A DNA stretch of 64,000 nt, taken from contig CBDBCZ010000007.1 of assembly GCA_965203295.1 (NCBI GenBank), forward strand, positions 64,001 to 128,000, given 5' to 3'. Of this stretch, positions 62,256 to 64,000 are shown piece by piece. The stretch's first letter is position 1; every line of letters begins with the position of its first letter. Source of the stretch: Nitrospirales bacterium (GTDB lineage Bacteria; Nitrospirota; Nitrospiria; Nitrospirales; UBA8639). Both the position numbers and the translations under genes were made by a program. The notes beneath the pieces were generated by a model. That model had not been told where the DNA came from. It saw nothing but the letters and a program-made list of their open reading frames with translations, and did not search any database.

Positions 62256-64000
62256 ATGAAGCAAGAAGTATTGCGTGTGTTCTTTGCAGTAGCCATTTGT
62301 CCAAGTGTGATTCTACTACTAGCTAGTGATCACACTCATGGACTTGCCATCAGTGCGGAAAATGAGGAAACCAGTCCAAATTGTTGCTCAAGTGACTGCT
62401 ACTACTCCTATCACCACTCTGAAATACGAAAGTCGAACCAAATGATTAATGGAGACACACAGTTGTCTAAGAATCCAGGGAGCAGTAATGCATTGAGCAG
62501 CTTTGAAGGCATGACTGAATCTTCTGAATTGCTTGTAAGTGAAAGCTCTACTTGTACTGCAACTTGGTTCATTCCCAAACTATCCGGTAATAGCACTACT
62601 TGTGAGTGTGGTAGTTCTCTGGGAGGTATAGTAAAGTGCTCCAACAGTTCAGGAAAGGTTCGTTTGCTTCGGTGCTATGGCATGACATTTGGTGTCAATA
62701 GATCCACACTAGTGGTTGGATCGAGCCTGTATGGATGTGTTAATACGAGGGGCGTCAATCCTTACAAATCTCTCCCATCGAACACTTCTGAACTAAACGA
62801 ATTGTGCAGCAGGTTTCACAGAAAAGGGCAACTTTGTGGTAGTTGTGAAGAAGGGTTTGCACTGCCAGTGTATTCCTACAACTTTAGTTGTGTGAATTGT
62901 ACGAATCATTATGGAAGCAACTGGATAAAGTATTTGGCTGTGTCCTTCCTACCTCTTACACTGTTCTTTATTGTAATAGTGACTTGTAGAGTTAGGGTAA
63001 CTTCAGGTGTGATGAATGCCTTCATTTTACTATGTCAGATAATATCACTTCCAGCTCTTGTTCGTGCATTGTCACTAGCATTGGAATTTGTTTACGGTAG
63101 TGGCAGTACTGTATTTTCTGTGTTTGCTGTTACTATGTCGTTCTATAACATGTGGAGCTTAGATTTCTTTCGTCTTTTGTACCCACCATTTTGCTTGCAT
63201 CCTGAGACGACTACTGTTCAAATCATAGCTCTGGATTATATCATAGCTGTCTGTCCATTGGTGCTACTTGTTGTAGTGTACCTGTTTGTTAAGCTTCATG
63301 ACTCAAACTGTAAATTTGTCGTATGTTTGTGGAGACCATTTCACAGATGCTTCCTACGTTTTAGAAATAAATGGAACATCAAAACTTCACTGATTGATTC
63401 GTTTGCCACTTTCCTTCTTTTGTCGTATATGAAGTTCCTCTCTGTGTCCTGTGACCTTCTCACTCCTGTGACAATTTACAACATTGATGGTGAAACACTG
63501 AGCAAACAGTATCTCTACTGGGATGGGACCATTGAATATTTTGGAAGTGAACATCTACCGTATGCCATCCTTGCTATAACAGTGATGATCGTTTTCAATA
63601 TTCTTCCTTTGCTTCTTTTGTGTCTTTATCCATGCAGATGGTTTCAAAAATGTCTAAACTGCTGCAAATTTCGAAGTCAAAGCTTACACATTTTCATGGA
63701 TACATTTCAAGGCTGTTACAAGGATGGCACAAATGGCAGCCGTGACTGTCGATGGTTCGCGGGACTCTACTTGTTCTTTCGGATCCTCATTATAATATTA
63801 GTGATAGTGACTTTTCCTCATTTATCACTTCCTTTGCTTGGATGTACAGTGCTTGTTGTACTTTCATTAACGGCTGTGTTTCAACCTTACAAGGATAGTG
63901 TTCACAACCGTATTAATATATTCTTTCTGGTACTAATAGTCTTCCTTGTATTTTCAGCTATGGCAAGGTATGTAGCCGTGCCCGAAATCAAACGGTTTAA
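62256..64000 (+). CDS. Intronless Cys-rich-ectodomain multi-pass membrane protein (>581 aa, runs off the window)
   Basis: Open frame from ATG 62256 to the end (absent from the ORF track because there is no stop): signal-like N-terminus, CECGSSLGGIVKC, ELNELC..RKGQLCGSCEEGFALPVYSY..CVNC, then many TM helices (WIKYLAVSFLPLT, WSLDFFR, LDYIIA, IDSFATFLLLSY, HLPYAI, FMDTFQGCYKDG, FQPYK). Confidence 0.88.
   Translation, partial: MKQEVLRVFFAVAICPSVILLLASDHTHGLAISAENEETSPNCCSSDCYYSYHHSEIRKSNQMINGDTQLSKNPGSSNALSSFEGMTESSELLVSESSTCTATWFIPKLSGNSTTCECGSSLGGIVKCSNSSGKVRLLRCYGMTFGVNRSTLVVGSSLYGCVNTRGVNPYKSLPSNTSELNELCSRFHRKGQLCGSCEEGFALPVYSYNFSCVNCTNHYGSNWIKYLAVSFLPLTLFFIVIVTCRVRVTSGVMNAFILLCQIISLPALVRALSLALEFVYGSGSTVFSVFAVTMSFYNMWSLDFFRLLYPPFCLHPETTTVQIIALDYIIAVCPLVLLVVVYLFVKLHDSNCKFVVCLWRPFHRCFLRFRNKWNIKTSLIDSFATFLLLSYMKFLSVSCDLLTPVTIYNIDGETLSKQYLYWDGTIEYFGSEHLPYAILAITVMIVFNILPLLLLCLYPCRWFQKCLNCCKFRSQSLHIFMDTFQGCYKDGTNGSRDCRWFAGLYLFFRILIIILVIVTFPHLSLPLLGCTVLVVLSLTAVFQPYKDSVHNRINIFFLVLIVFLVFSAMARYVAVPEIKRF

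Overview
Intron-rich eukaryotic DNA, most likely a demosponge (inferred from GT-AG introns, TTAGGG-type repeats, abundant TAGCCTCG..CGAGGCTA palindromic mini-elements and a cysteine-rich multi-pass membrane gene family I associate with sponges). Left to right: (1) two tandem paralogues of a small 4-TM membrane protein, the second with an intronic (CCCTAA)n tract; (2) a repeat-rich spacer (MITEs, 19-bp minisatellite); (3) a two-exon 731-aa gene fusing an unrecognised N-terminal domain (possibly DUF1598-like) to an H-Y-E PARP-type ADP-ribosyltransferase domain with a 4-Cys insert, behind a clustered NF-kB/C-EBP-like promoter, which is the best candidate for an undescribed system; (4) a 19-exon RBM28/Nop4 gene with five RRMs (- strand); (5) an intronless, GC-rich DNM1L/DRP1 (- strand) head-to-head with (6) a giant ZFC3H1-like gene (at least 5,950 codons, exons of 9.2 and 6.8 kb, one apparent 1-nt frameshift near 43065, incomplete at the 3' end). 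Its last visible intron holds a Helitron-like element, a TA-flanked transposon carrying a HIRAN-like fragment and a same-strand intronless multi-pass membrane gene that runs off the window. Exon models were built by hand from splice sites and phase; no database searches were run, and family assignments rest on recalled motifs.
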